DNA of 63,733 nucleotides, filler included, from It is 6 parts of 6 records of this genome, joined end to end, with 100 filler letters (N's around TTAATTAATTAA, not from the genome) between each part and the next. Parts side by side here need not be neighbours in the genome. Positions count along the whole stretch, not along the records: positions 41,897 to 57,665 come from SRR31156797_27453; positions 57,766 to 63,733 come from SRR31156797_27597; 4 more parts are not named here. One strand, 5' to 3'. Shown piece by piece: positions 50,785 to 60,659 of this stretch (position 1 is its first letter; each line of letters starts with the position of its first letter). The notes under the pieces were generated by a model. It saw only the letters and a program-made list of their open reading frames with translations, ran no database searches and was not told where the DNA came from. The position numbers and the translations under genes were made by a program.

Positions 50785-50816
50785 AACGCCGAGCGAGAAT
50801 GACGCTCGGCGTTTTT
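50785..50816 (+). terminator. Intrinsic terminator
   Basis: AACGCCGAGCG-agaatga-CGCTCGGCGTT followed by TTT. Confidence 0.85.
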
Positions 50817-50819
50817 GTA

Positions 50820-52169
50820 TTAAAGCATGACTAAACTAGCGGTTCCGAGGAAAGCAAAAAAACCAACAACATCTGTCACTGTCGTGAGTATCACTGAGCC
50901 TGCAAGCGCTGGGTCAAGTTTTAGCTTGTCCAATATGATGGGTATCAGTACACCAAACAGCGCTGCGGTAATAATGTTGACCACTATCGCTAAAGAAATG
51001 GTTGCGCCAAGCACAGGAGACTGGAACCAAAGCGCGGCCATACCGCCGATGATCACTGCCCAAACCAATCCATTAATCGAACCAATACCAATTTCATTCT
51101 TTAATAAGGCTAAACGGTTACCGGTTGTGATCTGATTTAACGCCATGGCGCGAACCATCAAGGTTAAAGTTTGACTACCTGCAATGCCACCCATTGAAGC
51201 CACGATTGGCATCAATACTGCCAATGCGACCACTTGCGAAATCACATCTTCAAACAAACTAATGGTAATAGATGCCATGATGGCAGTGACGAGGTTTATC
51301 CCCAACCATAGTCCACGACGCTTAGAGCTTCGGATGATTGGAGCGAACAAGTCATCACCTTCATCCATACCGGTACCCGCCATTAATCGCGATTCGTAGA
51401 TTTCTCTTTGTGTACCCAAAGCAAACTGCCAGTCAATAATGCCAACGAAGGTATCGTCATCATTAACCACTGGAATTGCCGGCAACTCTGCGTGTTCCAG
51501 CGCTTCTACGCCTTCAGACAGTGATTGATGGGCATTGATAATCGAAACATCTTCGTTGACCAATGAGCGAATACGGGTGGTACTGTCGGCCAGCAAAATA
51601 TCGGTATAACTGACGACACCAAAATATTTCTTTTTCTTGTTAATCAGATAGATGTATTGCGGCGATTCATAGTGATACTTTTCGAGCAGAATTTTGGCAC
51701 GCGCGACTGTGATGCTAAATGGCAAGGTATAGATCTTTCTATCGGCCCAGTGGCCAATCTCATCGTCGTTAAATTCGTTAGCTTGATCGTACAGCTCGAG
51801 TTCATCGCGACTAATTAAGCGTAATGCTTCAGACACAATGTCGTCAGGTAGCGAGTCTTCCCATTCGATTAATGAAAGGTTGTCGAGTTTGGCTAACGTT
51901 AGCTTTAATTCGGTATCAGAAAGGGTATTGATCACGGAAATACGTACATCGGCACGCATTTCGGTTAATACGTCAATGTGCATTTCTAATGGCAGGCTGC
52001 GCCACATTCTGACACGTTGCTCAACGGGGAACGCTTCGAAAATAAGCGCCAATGAACCCGCATCTAACCCGTTTTCTACAAACTCACCAAGTAGCTTGAT
52101 TTGTTGTTGGTCATCATCTGCTTTAGCTAACAGTTCTATCTGTTGCGCTAAGTCTTGGTATTCACTCAA
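50820..52169 (-). CDS. mgtE: Magnesium transporter MgtE
   Basis: N domain, CBS pair, WLGINL, MPIVASMGGIAGSQT, DPALA....TT.TDVVGF. Confidence 0.93.
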   Translation of the reverse strand: MSEYQDLAQQIELLAKADDDQQQIKLLGEFVENGLDAGSLALIFEAFPVEQRVRMWRSLPLEMHIDVLTEMRADVRISVINTLSDTELKLTLAKLDNLSLIEWEDSLPDDIVSEALRLISRDELELYDQANEFNDDEIGHWADRKIYTLPFSITVARAKILLEKYHYESPQYIYLINKKKKYFGVVSYTDILLADSTTRIRSLVNEDVSIINAHQSLSEGVEALEHAELPAIPVVNDDDTFVGIIDWQFALGTQREIYESRLMAGTGMDEGDDLFAPIIRSSKRRGLWLGINLVTAIMASITISLFEDVISQVVALAVLMPIVASMGGIAGSQTLTLMVRAMALNQITTGNRLALLKNEIGIGSINGLVWAVIIGGMAALWFQSPVLGATISLAIVVNIITAALFGVLIPIILDKLKLDPALAGSVILTTVTDVVGFFAFLGTASLVML

Positions 52170-52420
52170 TATTTAACTCCGACTAGTTAAGGCTTTATCT
52201 TATTGCATAAGATAAATTGAATCTGGCAATTTAAGTATATACGGGGTAGAAGAGATCTTAGTAATCAGGAAAGCGTTTCTACCCACTCAATCGCTTACCG
52301 TACAAATATACGGGAAATTTCGTGGGTAGTTTAGTTTTAAATTCATGCAGTTAGAAATAAAAATTTTGAGTGTAGAAAATGAAGAGTGACGTTACTGCAT
52401 CGTGAAGGATATATATACAG

Positions 52421-52915
52421 CTAAGGGAAATTAATGGTTTCTGTATCAATAGCCAGTAGGAGAGGATCAGGTACCATCTCTGGCGCGTTCATCATTTGTG
52501 ATAAACGTTGTAACGATGAGAGTAACAGTGTTTGCTCCCACTGATCTAAAGACTGAAATTGTTCAATGAAGTCTTCTTGCAACAGTTGTGGTGCTTGTTG
52601 CAGAATCGTCTCCCCTGCGGGGGTGATGTGGGCATGAACTTTACGTTTATCTTCAGTATCGCGCTCACGTTTTACCAGCCCGCGTTTCTCGAGGCGGTCA
52701 AGAATACTGGTGGCCGTGGCTTGACTCATGTTACTGCGAGTGGACAACTGACGTATGGTTAACGTCGGACACTCTTGAATCGCTCGCATGAGCAAAAGTT
52801 GTGGACTGGTGAGACCAAAGTTTTTGTTGAGCTGTTTAGAGTGTAAGTCTATGGCGCGAATTATTTGCCTTATAGACACTAGCACTTCGTCGTGGATATC
52901 CAAGTGTTCCTCCAT
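52421..52915 (-). CDS. cosR: MarR-family osmoregulatory repressor (CosR/EctR-like)
   Basis: VLVSIRQIIRAIDLHSKQL...GLTSPQL, SQATATSILDRLE.RGLV.R.R...DKR, WEQTLLLSSLQR. Lies directly downstream of proVWX. Confidence 0.75.
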   Translation of the reverse strand: MEEHLDIHDEVLVSIRQIIRAIDLHSKQLNKNFGLTSPQLLLMRAIQECPTLTIRQLSTRSNMSQATATSILDRLEKRGLVKRERDTEDKRKVHAHITPAGETILQQAPQLLQEDFIEQFQSLDQWEQTLLLSSLQRLSQMMNAPEMVPDPLLLAIDTETINFP

Positions 52916-53115
52916 TAAAGCGATAGACTCAAACGGAACGGAAAGCTAATACATTCTTTGTTTGAGTAATATTTAACCTAAATATTGAGTGATTGTTATT
53001 GTATTGTCCCCATCCCACTTGCTGTGAGATGAGTTAAGCATCTGAGTTGCAATAGCATTGCCGACGAGTTGCGGTAATAACTTAAGCGGTGTGATGCGAG
53101 TTATTTAGGTTGAAT

Positions 53116-53140
53116 AAAAGAGGCTGCCGAAACAGCCTCT
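53116..53140 (-). terminator. Intrinsic terminator after proX
   Basis: Minus strand AGAGGCTG-tttcgg-CAGCCTCT followed by TTT. Confidence 0.8.
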
Positions 53141-53154
53141 CGATTCGCGAGCAA

Positions 53155-54162
53155 TTACATTGCTGCTTTTTTCGCAGTTTCAATCCATGAATCGAATGTT
53201 GCTTTGTTAGCTTTAATCCAACCATTTGCATGAGCTTCGATATCTTTCGCCGAGTTTTTACCTTGGCTCATCATCATGTTTTCAGCACTTACATCGTTGA
53301 TGTTAAGTTCCATGATTTCAAACAGCTTCGCTGCAGCTGGGTTTTCTTCAGCAAATTTCTTGTTCGCTACGATTTTCATTGAGTTCATTTCGAAACCGTA
53401 GTTCTTGCCGTTTGGTAGCGTGGTATCAACATTGTTACGATCGCCCGGTAGCGCAGAGTAAGGCACTTCTAACCATACGACATCTTTACCAGGGACTAAT
53501 ACGCCACTTACCCAGTAAGGAGTCCATGTGTAGTAAAAGATTGAGTCGCCTTTCTTATAGCGAGAAATCGTATCAGCGATAATTGCGGCATAGTTACCTT
53601 GGTTATGAGTGACAGTGTCACGAAGGCCGTAAGTGTCCAGTTGGTGTTCAATAACACCTTCACAACCCCAACCAGGGTTACAACCGGTTAAATCCGCTTT
53701 ACCATCGCTGTTTGCGTCAAATAGCTTAGCGATTTTTGGATCTTTAAGTTGTTCAATATTGGTGATGTTGTACTTCTCGGCGGTTTTCTTATCAATCAAG
53801 TAACCTTGTGCTGCACCCGAGATGTATTCACCTTTGCGGAAAAACTTATCGTAGCCGCCAGAGGCTTCGAACTTACCGTCGTGTAGCGGTGCCCAGTTAA
53901 CGGCTAAGTAAGTAGCATCACCTTCAGCGATTGAGGTATAGCCTACGTTGTAGTCAACTTCTTTTGTTGGTTGTACTTCGTAACCAAGTGCTTCCATTGC
54001 TTTATTGACGATCAATGTTTGGAAGGTTTCTTCTGCAACGGTTGACTGCACTGGTTGTACAGTCACGCCTTCACCTGGCAGGGAAGCTGCGAATGCAGAC
54101 GCGCTCATTACCGAGCCCATAACCATGCTACTGGTTAACATTGTCTTCCATGTCAATTTCAT
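53155..54162 (-). CDS. proX: Glycine betaine/proline ABC transporter binding protein
   Basis: Signal peptide, [32 protein letters not shown]. Confidence 0.95.
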   Translation of the reverse strand: MKLTWKTMLTSSMVMGSVMSASAFAASLPGEGVTVQPVQSTVAEETFQTLIVNKAMEALGYEVQPTKEVDYNVGYTSIAEGDATYLAVNWAPLHDGKFEASGGYDKFFRKGEYISGAAQGYLIDKKTAEKYNITNIEQLKDPKIAKLFDANSDGKADLTGCNPGWGCEGVIEHQLDTYGLRDTVTHNQGNYAAIIADTISRYKKGDSIFYYTWTPYWVSGVLVPGKDVVWLEVPYSALPGDRNNVDTTLPNGKNYGFEMNSMKIVANKKFAEENPAAAKLFEIMELNINDVSAENMMMSQGKNSAKDIEAHANGWIKANKATFDSWIETAKKAAM

Positions 54163-55274
54163 TTCTGTTCTCCTAGTGTTTTATTTCCGTTAGTGTGAGT
54201 GAATTTCTGTTTAATGCGATATAGGAAAGAAACTGGGCCTTTCTCATACCAATGTGTTTTTGTGTCGCGACTTTCGTTACCGATTGCTTGTGTAATACGG
54301 TCAAGCAAAATCGCCAGAATAACGATACCAAGGCCACCCACTGCTGCGAGCCCCATGTCCAGGCGACCGATACCGCGCAGAACCATTTGTCCTAAGCCGC
54401 CGACTGCGATCATGGAAGCGATAACCACCATTGACAGTGAAAGCATCAGAGTTTGGTTAACACCTGCCATGATGGTTGGCATTGCGAGCGGTAATTGAAT
54501 GCGGTAAAGCATTTGTTTCGGGCTGGCACCAAAGGCGTGGCCCGCTTCGATAAGTTCTTCTGGAACCTGCTGAATACCGAGAATGGTCAAACGTACGATC
54601 GGTGGTAGCGCGAATATGATAGTCACAACAACGCCTGGCACGTTACCGATACCAAATAACATTACGATAGGTACCAGATAAACGAACGCGGGTGTGGTCT
54701 GCATTGCATCCAAAATCGGCCGAACGATCTTCGCGGCAGTGTCGCTACGCGCCAGCCATATCCCCATGGGTAAACCGATGAGTAGGCAGAAAAATACCGA
54801 AGTCATCACCAGAGCCAGCGTGACCATCGCTTCGTCCCACGCACCGATAAATCCGATAACCAGAAGTGATAAGAATGATGCGATACCTAAACGCGGCCCG
54901 GCAAATTGCCAAGCAAGTAAAAATAGGATCAGTAACATGAAAGGTGCTGGCGTTGTTACCAGAGCACTTTCAAATGAACTTAAGATGAAATCGATAGGTA
55001 CACGTATCGCCTGGAATACCGGTCGACCGTGGGTAACCAACCAGTTCAGTGCTGTTTCTACCCAACTATCAAAGGGGATGACGGCATCTTTAAATGGATG
55101 CAACCAATCAAACGCCTCTGGTTGAACTTGAGCCGAGTTTAACCAATCGGCACTGCTTGCTGCTGTATCAGTGGGTGTTGCACTGGCCCAAGGGTCGCTG
55201 TTTGTGGCAGCATCTGTCGTTGCTGCCCACGGGTCTGCTGCTTGGGTTGTATTTTCACCATTTTCCGTTGACAT
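54159..55274 (-). CDS. proW: Glycine betaine/proline ABC transporter permease
   Basis: [41 protein letters not shown]. Confidence 0.95.
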   Translation of the reverse strand: MSTENGENTTQAADPWAATTDAATNSDPWASATPTDTAASSADWLNSAQVQPEAFDWLHPFKDAVIPFDSWVETALNWLVTHGRPVFQAIRVPIDFILSSFESALVTTPAPFMLLILFLLAWQFAGPRLGIASFLSLLVIGFIGAWDEAMVTLALVMTSVFFCLLIGLPMGIWLARSDTAAKIVRPILDAMQTTPAFVYLVPIVMLFGIGNVPGVVVTIIFALPPIVRLTILGIQQVPEELIEAGHAFGASPKQMLYRIQLPLAMPTIMAGVNQTLMLSLSMVVIASMIAVGGLGQMVLRGIGRLDMGLAAVGGLGIVILAILLDRITQAIGNESRDTKTHWYEKGPVSFLYRIKQKFTHTNGNKTLGEQK

Positions 55275-55276
55275 GA

Positions 55277-56464
55277 TTATTCCCTGTCTAAAGTTTGTAG
55301 AAGTCGTGATTTAGTGATTACGCCGAAGTATTGTCCTTCGTCATCCACTACTGGAACTGCGTATGGCACATCAGCCACCTGACCAATAAGATCCCCCACT
55401 GAGACTTCAGGGTTGATTGTGATCGTTTCGGTCAGTAGGGCACTACTTAAAGAGCGCTGTTCACGTTTTGCTTCGCTTAAACTGTTCAGTGATACGATGC
55501 CGGTGTATTTATTACTGCGGTCTACTACGATGCCATACTCACGGTCGTTATCGACCAGCAGCTGTAGTGCAGCCGCTGGGCCATCGTTGTCGTGCTTTTT
55601 AAATACCGCTGCCGGTTTTTTACGTGCAATATCTTTAGCGCTAAATACCGTTGCGACATTCACACCACGGAAGAAAGAACTGACATAATCGTTGGCGGGT
55701 TGATGCAATATTTCATCGGGTGTGCCGACCTGAACGACGACACCGTCCTGCATAATGGCAATACGGTCGCCGATGCGCATTGCTTCATCGAGATCGTGTG
55801 AGATAAAGACGATCGTACGTTTATCGTCGTTTTGTAGACGAATAAGCTCGTCTTGCATTTCCGTTCTGATTAATGGGTCAAGGGCTGAGAATGCCTCGTC
55901 CATTAACAAAATATCCGGGTCATTGGTGAGTGCTCGAGCCAAACCAACACGCTGCTTCATACCGCCAGATAGTTCATCTGGGTAAGATTCGCAGTAGGCT
56001 TCCAATCCTACTCGCTCTAGTGCGCTTTTGGCTTTTTCATGGCGCTCAGCTTCGCTAATGCCAGCCAGCTCCAGACCAAACGCGGCATTTTCTATAACCG
56101 TCATGTGAGGCATCAGCGCGAAGTTTTGGAAAACCATCGAAATGTTTTGACGACGAACTAATCGTAACTCTTCATCGGAGATGTGGGCGATATCTTTACC
56201 ATTCAACAGGACGCTGCCGCGGGTTGGTTCGATGAGTCGGTTCAGTAAGCGGACCAAGGTTGATTTTCCAGACCCCGACAAGCCCATAATAACGAAAATT
56301 TCCCCTTCGTTTACAGACAGAGAAACGTCCTTAACCCCCACGGTTAGGCCTGTCTGCTCAAATATCTGGTCTTTGTTCAAACCCTTTTCAATGAGCGGAA
56401 AAGCCTCATCGGGTGTTTCGCCAAACACCTTGTAGAGGTTCTTCACTTCCAACATGGTAGACAT
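55277..56464 (-). CDS. proV: Glycine betaine/proline ABC transporter ATP-binding protein
   Basis: [26 protein letters not shown]-terminal CBS pair. Confidence 0.95.
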   Translation of the reverse strand: MSTMLEVKNLYKVFGETPDEAFPLIEKGLNKDQIFEQTGLTVGVKDVSLSVNEGEIFVIMGLSGSGKSTLVRLLNRLIEPTRGSVLLNGKDIAHISDEELRLVRRQNISMVFQNFALMPHMTVIENAAFGLELAGISEAERHEKAKSALERVGLEAYCESYPDELSGGMKQRVGLARALTNDPDILLMDEAFSALDPLIRTEMQDELIRLQNDDKRTIVFISHDLDEAMRIGDRIAIMQDGVVVQVGTPDEILHQPANDYVSSFFRGVNVATVFSAKDIARKKPAAVFKKHDNDGPAAALQLLVDNDREYGIVVDRSNKYTGIVSLNSLSEAKREQRSLSSALLTETITINPEVSVGDLIGQVADVPYAVPVVDDEGQYFGVITKSRLLQTLDRE

Positions 56465-56510
56465 GTGCTACATCCTTTGTTGTTGTTGCTGTGTTTAAGT
56501 TAAAATCCGA

Positions 56511-56550
56511 TAATGTATAGTACACTAAACATTAATTTAGTACATATCAA
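56511..56550 (-). promoter_or_regulatory. proV promoter with an overlapping EctR/CosR-type operator
   Basis: 24-bp imperfect palindrome TAATGTATAGTACACTAAACATTA (20/24 symmetric) over a minus-strand TTGATA-N17-TAGTGT promoter. Confidence 0.65.
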
Positions 56551-56733
56551 GCAGTAACGTGAACGCCCTTCTTTGGTATTTGACTTAAGTGTATGAATTT
56601 ATGAATAAATAAAAATTATTAAAATTTTTTATTTGGTTTGAGTTAAAATGTTTTGCCTAATAATGATTTTTATTTTATCGATGTTATATTGGCTAGGTAT
56701 TCGATAAAAATGTGGCGATAAGAGGAGCAGTTC

Positions 56734-57600
56734 GTGCAGAAAATTGGGTTAATGATTGGCTTATGGCTTACTTGTATTATGGCGTCTGTAGCGATAGCTG
56801 AAGAGCAGCAAGCTCCTGCATATTCGGAAACGCCGATGTTGGATCGACCGTTGATGGAGCGCTATATACTGGATGAGTTAAAAGCCTTGAGACAGGATCA
56901 GCAAGATTTGGAACGACGTGTGATCACACAGATGACGGATCGTGAACTATCGGTCGCTGATAAGGCGATGAACTATTCCAGCGTTACGGTGACCTATTTT
57001 TTCTATGTTATTGCGGGCGTGGCATCTCTGGTGGCATTGATTGGTTGGCAATCGTTGCGTGAAGTTAAACATAATACACGTGAAATGGCTGATAAACGTT
57101 TGAACAAAATTGCCCAAGAGTATGAAAAGAAATTCCTTGTTCTTGAGCGAGATTTAAAACGTAAGACGCGGATTATTACTGAGAACAACAAAGAAATTGA
57201 GATTATTAACGAGATTCACAACCTGTGGTTAAGAGCTCAAAGTGTACAAACACCAGATCAAAGAATTGAAGTCTATGATGAAATTTTGAAAATTCGCCCT
57301 GGTGATTTGGAAGCGTTAACTTACAAAGCCGACGCGGCGATGGAAATTAACGAATATCACTGGGCAATGAGTTTGACCAATCGAGTATTAGAGCTGGATG
57401 AAAACAACGGTCCGGCGCTTTATCAAAGGGCTTGTGCTTATGCTCGCCTTGGCGCTGAAGAGCAAGCCATTGAAGATATATACCGTGCTCTGGATACGAC
57501 GCCATCTTTACGCGAATTGGTCGCTGAAGAAGCAGATTTTGAATCCCTTCATGGCAATAAGAAGTTTGATAGCCTGATTCAAACACAATCAGCAGAATAG
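56734..57600 (+). CDS. Membrane-anchored coiled-coil/TPR protein
   Basis: GAGGAG RBS, signal peptide, one TM, coiled coil, C-terminal TPRs (ALYQRACAYARLG). Confidence 0.85.
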   Translation: MQKIGLMIGLWLTCIMASVAIAEEQQAPAYSETPMLDRPLMERYILDELKALRQDQQDLERRVITQMTDRELSVADKAMNYSSVTVTYFFYVIAGVASLVALIGWQSLREVKHNTREMADKRLNKIAQEYEKKFLVLERDLKRKTRIITENNKEIEIINEIHNLWLRAQSVQTPDQRIEVYDEILKIRPGDLEALTYKADAAMEINEYHWAMSLTNRVLELDENNGPALYQRACAYARLGAEEQAIEDIYRALDTTPSLRELVAEEADFESLHGNKKFDSLIQTQSAE

Positions 57601-57606
57601 GATTCT

Positions 57607-57665
57607 TATACTCAAGTAACTTCAAGATACTGATTCAGCTCTGAATCCTGCATCTTGAGGTCACT
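57607..57665. repeat. ERIC-like Vibrio intergenic palindromic repeat (short form, cut by the contig end)
   Basis: Begins TATACTCAAGTAACTTCAAGAT and folds back on ATCTTGAGGTCACT. TATAC termini and a long imperfect hairpin are typical of ERIC-type elements. Confidence 0.55.
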
Positions 57666-57765
57666 NNNNNNNNNNNNNNNNNNNNNNNNNNNNNNNNNNN
57701 NNNNNNNNNTTAATTAATTAANNNNNNNNNNNNNNNNNNNNNNNNNNNNNNNNNNNNNNNNNNNN
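57666..57765. other. Artificial contig linker
   Basis: 44 N + TTAATTAATTAA + 44 N. Confidence 0.99.
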
Positions 57766-57766
57766 C

Positions 57767-58885
57767 CTTATATTGGCACCGGTATTATATATAATTACCC
57801 TTGCCGGATACAGGAATGTATTAGAGAAAAGTTATCAGCAAAAAATTGAAAATATATTTATAGGAAATACAGAGACTTTGCTTAACGGTTCTGTTTCTAT
57901 AGAAAATCAAATTACAAAAAACATACAAGCTTTTTTAAAAACAGATATCCTGATTCAAAAAATGGGGCTTGGTCTGGATATACGTATTTCTACAAAAAAT
58001 GGAAAAATAATATATCCTACATACGTGGAATCGGAATTTTTAGCTAAAGATCAACCTGTCACATATGGCTCACAATCTGTTACAGATAAGAATTTTGCCT
58101 TGCTGAATGAAGAATTGATCGTTAAAATAAATGTATATCTTGGTCATGGATCAAAACTGGCCAATTTAATACTATTATTTTACTCTGTCCTATCTTTTTC
58201 TATATTTTTGATTTTTTATAAAATTGGGACCAAACGGTTTGAAGTATACCGGAAAAAACAAAAAAAGCTGATAAAAAATCTAAAAGAAGATGAAGAACAC
58301 CATGAAAAAATACTGAAAAGTATAAGTAAAGAAAAACAGCAGCTTTTTGAAAATATCAGACTTCTCAATAAGAAGTATCAGGATGATAAAAACAAGGCCA
58401 AGATAAACGAAGATGAAATGTTCAACGAAATTGTCAATCTTGAAGATCAGCTAAATACTTTTATTGAATTGAAAAAAAGCAAAGAAGACGAAATCAGTGA
58501 ACTTAAATCAACCATTGAAAAGTATGAAAGACGAAAAAGCCCAAAATCAAAGAGAAATGAATTTGATTTTATATCCAAACGATTTTCAGCCCTGTATAAA
58601 AATATTGAAATGAACAGGAAAGCCTTGAACGGATTTATAAATCTGAGTGATGATCAGCAGATAAAAGCAGAAGAAACCATTCACCAACTGGACCAGGATC
58701 CTAATTCCGTTATAGTGAAACGTAAGGTTTTTTCAGGTAAAAAACATAAAACGACCTGCTTTGAAATTTTGTTTGCCTATAACGGCAGGTTATATTTCCA
58801 GCGCCACTCAAATAAGATACAAGTAGTTGTGATCGGAACGAAAAACAGTCAACAAAAGGATATGGAATATCTCCAGAGCTTATAA
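57767..58885 (+). CDS. Membrane coiled-coil protein with a RelE/ParE-like C-terminal domain (5' partial)
   Basis: TM, periplasmic region, TM, about 110-aa coiled coil, then FEILFAYNGRLYF...IQVVVIGTKNSQQKDMEYL. Confidence 0.7.
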   Translation, partial: LILAPVLYIITLAGYRNVLEKSYQQKIENIFIGNTETLLNGSVSIENQITKNIQAFLKTDILIQKMGLGLDIRISTKNGKIIYPTYVESEFLAKDQPVTYGSQSVTDKNFALLNEELIVKINVYLGHGSKLANLILLFYSVLSFSIFLIFYKIGTKRFEVYRKKQKKLIKNLKEDEEHHEKILKSISKEKQQLFENIRLLNKKYQDDKNKAKINEDEMFNEIVNLEDQLNTFIELKKSKEDEISELKSTIEKYERRKSPKSKRNEFDFISKRFSALYKNIEMNRKALNGFINLSDDQQIKAEETIHQLDQDPNSVIVKRKVFSGKKHKTTCFEILFAYNGRLYFQRHSNKIQVVVIGTKNSQQKDMEYLQSL

Positions 58886-60591
58886 TGTATACTGAATTTT
58901 ACAATCTTCATTCAAAACCGTTTCAGATCAGTTCTGACCCCAAGTTCATGTGGTTCGGAGAAAAACACAAAGAAGCCCTTGCCACATTAAAATATGGAAT
59001 TCTGGATAATAAAGGATTTCTACTGCTGACAGGTGATGTGGGGACTGGAAAAACTTCTTTAATAAACACCCTGATCCAGAGTCTGGGCAAAGATATTATC
59101 TGTGCATCCGTACCTGACCCCAGCCTGGATAAACTTGATTTTTTAAACTATATTTCAGCTTCCTTTGGCATGGATAAAGAGTTTAGTTCAAAGGGCAGCT
59201 TTCTTGCTCACTTTAGAAGTTTTCTGATGAAAGCCTGGGAAAAGAAAAAGAAAGTACTGCTTATTATTGACGAAGCCCAGCTGCTGAACCAGGAAATGCT
59301 CGAAGAAATAAGACTGCTCTCCAATATTGAAAAAGCGGATGCCAAACTTATTAATATTTTCTTCATCGGCCAGAACGAATTCAACGAGATTTTAAACCGC
59401 CCCCAGAATCGTGCCGTTCGTCAGAGAATGACCTTAAACTATAACCTGGATCCGTTGACACCTGACGAAACTGGCGCCTATATTCGCCATCGCCTTAAAA
59501 TAGCAGGAACCAAAGAACAATTGTTCGATCAAGGTGCTGTTCAGGAAATATTTTTATACTCAGGCGGATTTCCCCGGCGGATTAATATTCTTTGTGATCA
59601 TTCCCTGCTATCAGGATTCGTCAAAGAACAGAAGAGTATTGATGCAGGTATTATTACTGAATGTGCTAAAGAACTTAAAATACCGGCCTATGTGAGAAAT
59701 AGGGATATAAACGGCTATGCTGCATCGTTAAATCAACAAACAGCCGAAATAAATTCTGGTGGATACCCAACTGAACAGAGAATGCCTCCTCAACCCCCTT
59801 CTTATCCACAGTATCCGCCGGCACCTCCCCCTCAAGAAAAGTCTTTTTCATGGACAAATATTATAATTATACTATTTTTCATCATATTTGCCTGGTCATT
59901 CATGTTCCCGGATCATTTTTTAACAAAAATATCAAACCTAAAACATCTATTAGATAAACCTATCCAAATAACGCAGTCAGTAGAAAAAAAAGTACTGCAG
60001 GATTCAGAACAGGATAAAAATAAAGGGGAAATAATTGAGGAAACGGCAAAGACTTCAAACAACCAGACAGGGACTGATTTTAAAGAAAATAATTTAATAG
60101 AACCTGAAATTGATTTAACAATACCTGCCATACCTGAAGAAACTACAGAACCGTTACATGATAATGAACAGGAAAAAATGCAAGAAGTTTTAAATGAGAA
60201 ATCTTCAGATTTGGCACCAGTGTTATTCTCGGATCCAGAAATTGATTTACCCCCTCTTCCAGAAGATACAATAATCCTTCGCTTTAAATACAATACAAAC
60301 GAGTTAACAGAAAAAGGCATCGAACAGCTGAGAGTTTTTTCAAAATTATTGATTGGAAGACCGGATACCAGGATACTTATCATAGGGTATACTGATTCAC
60401 AGGGGTATGCTAAATATAATTTAAAACTGTCTGAATTCAGGGCAAATATTATAAAAAGCTTTCTCCAGGGCATGGGAGTAAAAAGTGACCAGATGGAAAT
60501 ACAGGGAAAAGGTGGTCGAGACCCTATTGAAAGCAACGATACCCCTTGGGGAAGAAAAATGAACCGCCGGGTGGAAATTAAAGTGCTGTAG
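58885..60591 (+). CDS. ExeA/GspA-family ATPase with a C-terminal OmpA-like peptidoglycan-binding domain
   Basis: MYTEFYNL..KPF...DP, LTGDVGTGKT, IIDEAQ, GQNE, SGGFPRRINILCD, one TM, then GYTD..G...YN.KLS..RA and NRRVEI. Confidence 0.92.
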   Translation: MYTEFYNLHSKPFQISSDPKFMWFGEKHKEALATLKYGILDNKGFLLLTGDVGTGKTSLINTLIQSLGKDIICASVPDPSLDKLDFLNYISASFGMDKEFSSKGSFLAHFRSFLMKAWEKKKKVLLIIDEAQLLNQEMLEEIRLLSNIEKADAKLINIFFIGQNEFNEILNRPQNRAVRQRMTLNYNLDPLTPDETGAYIRHRLKIAGTKEQLFDQGAVQEIFLYSGGFPRRINILCDHSLLSGFVKEQKSIDAGIITECAKELKIPAYVRNRDINGYAASLNQQTAEINSGGYPTEQRMPPQPPSYPQYPPAPPPQEKSFSWTNIIIILFFIIFAWSFMFPDHFLTKISNLKHLLDKPIQITQSVEKKVLQDSEQDKNKGEIIEETAKTSNNQTGTDFKENNLIEPEIDLTIPAIPEETTEPLHDNEQEKMQEVLNEKSSDLAPVLFSDPEIDLPPLPEDTIILRFKYNTNELTEKGIEQLRVFSKLLIGRPDTRILIIGYTDSQGYAKYNLKLSEFRANIIKSFLQGMGVKSDQMEIQGKGGRDPIESNDTPWGRKMNRRVEIKVL

Positions 60592-60659
60592 CAGCTAAAT
60601 ATTATCAAAACTATAAATTAGCCATATCTAAAACAAAAATTCAACATCGGAGGCTAAAA

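Noticed and set aside
52170-52420. Possible M-box (ykoK) riboswitch upstream of mgtE
   Set aside because: I could not find the conserved M-box sequence elements; there is only an AT-rich 9-bp dyad at 52194-52216.
13773-57765. Five identical TTAATTAATTAA motifs flanked by N runs, suggesting a repeat or one mosaic locus
   Set aside because: These are artificial 100-bp linkers. Adjacency across them has no biological meaning, so no cross-contig system was inferred.
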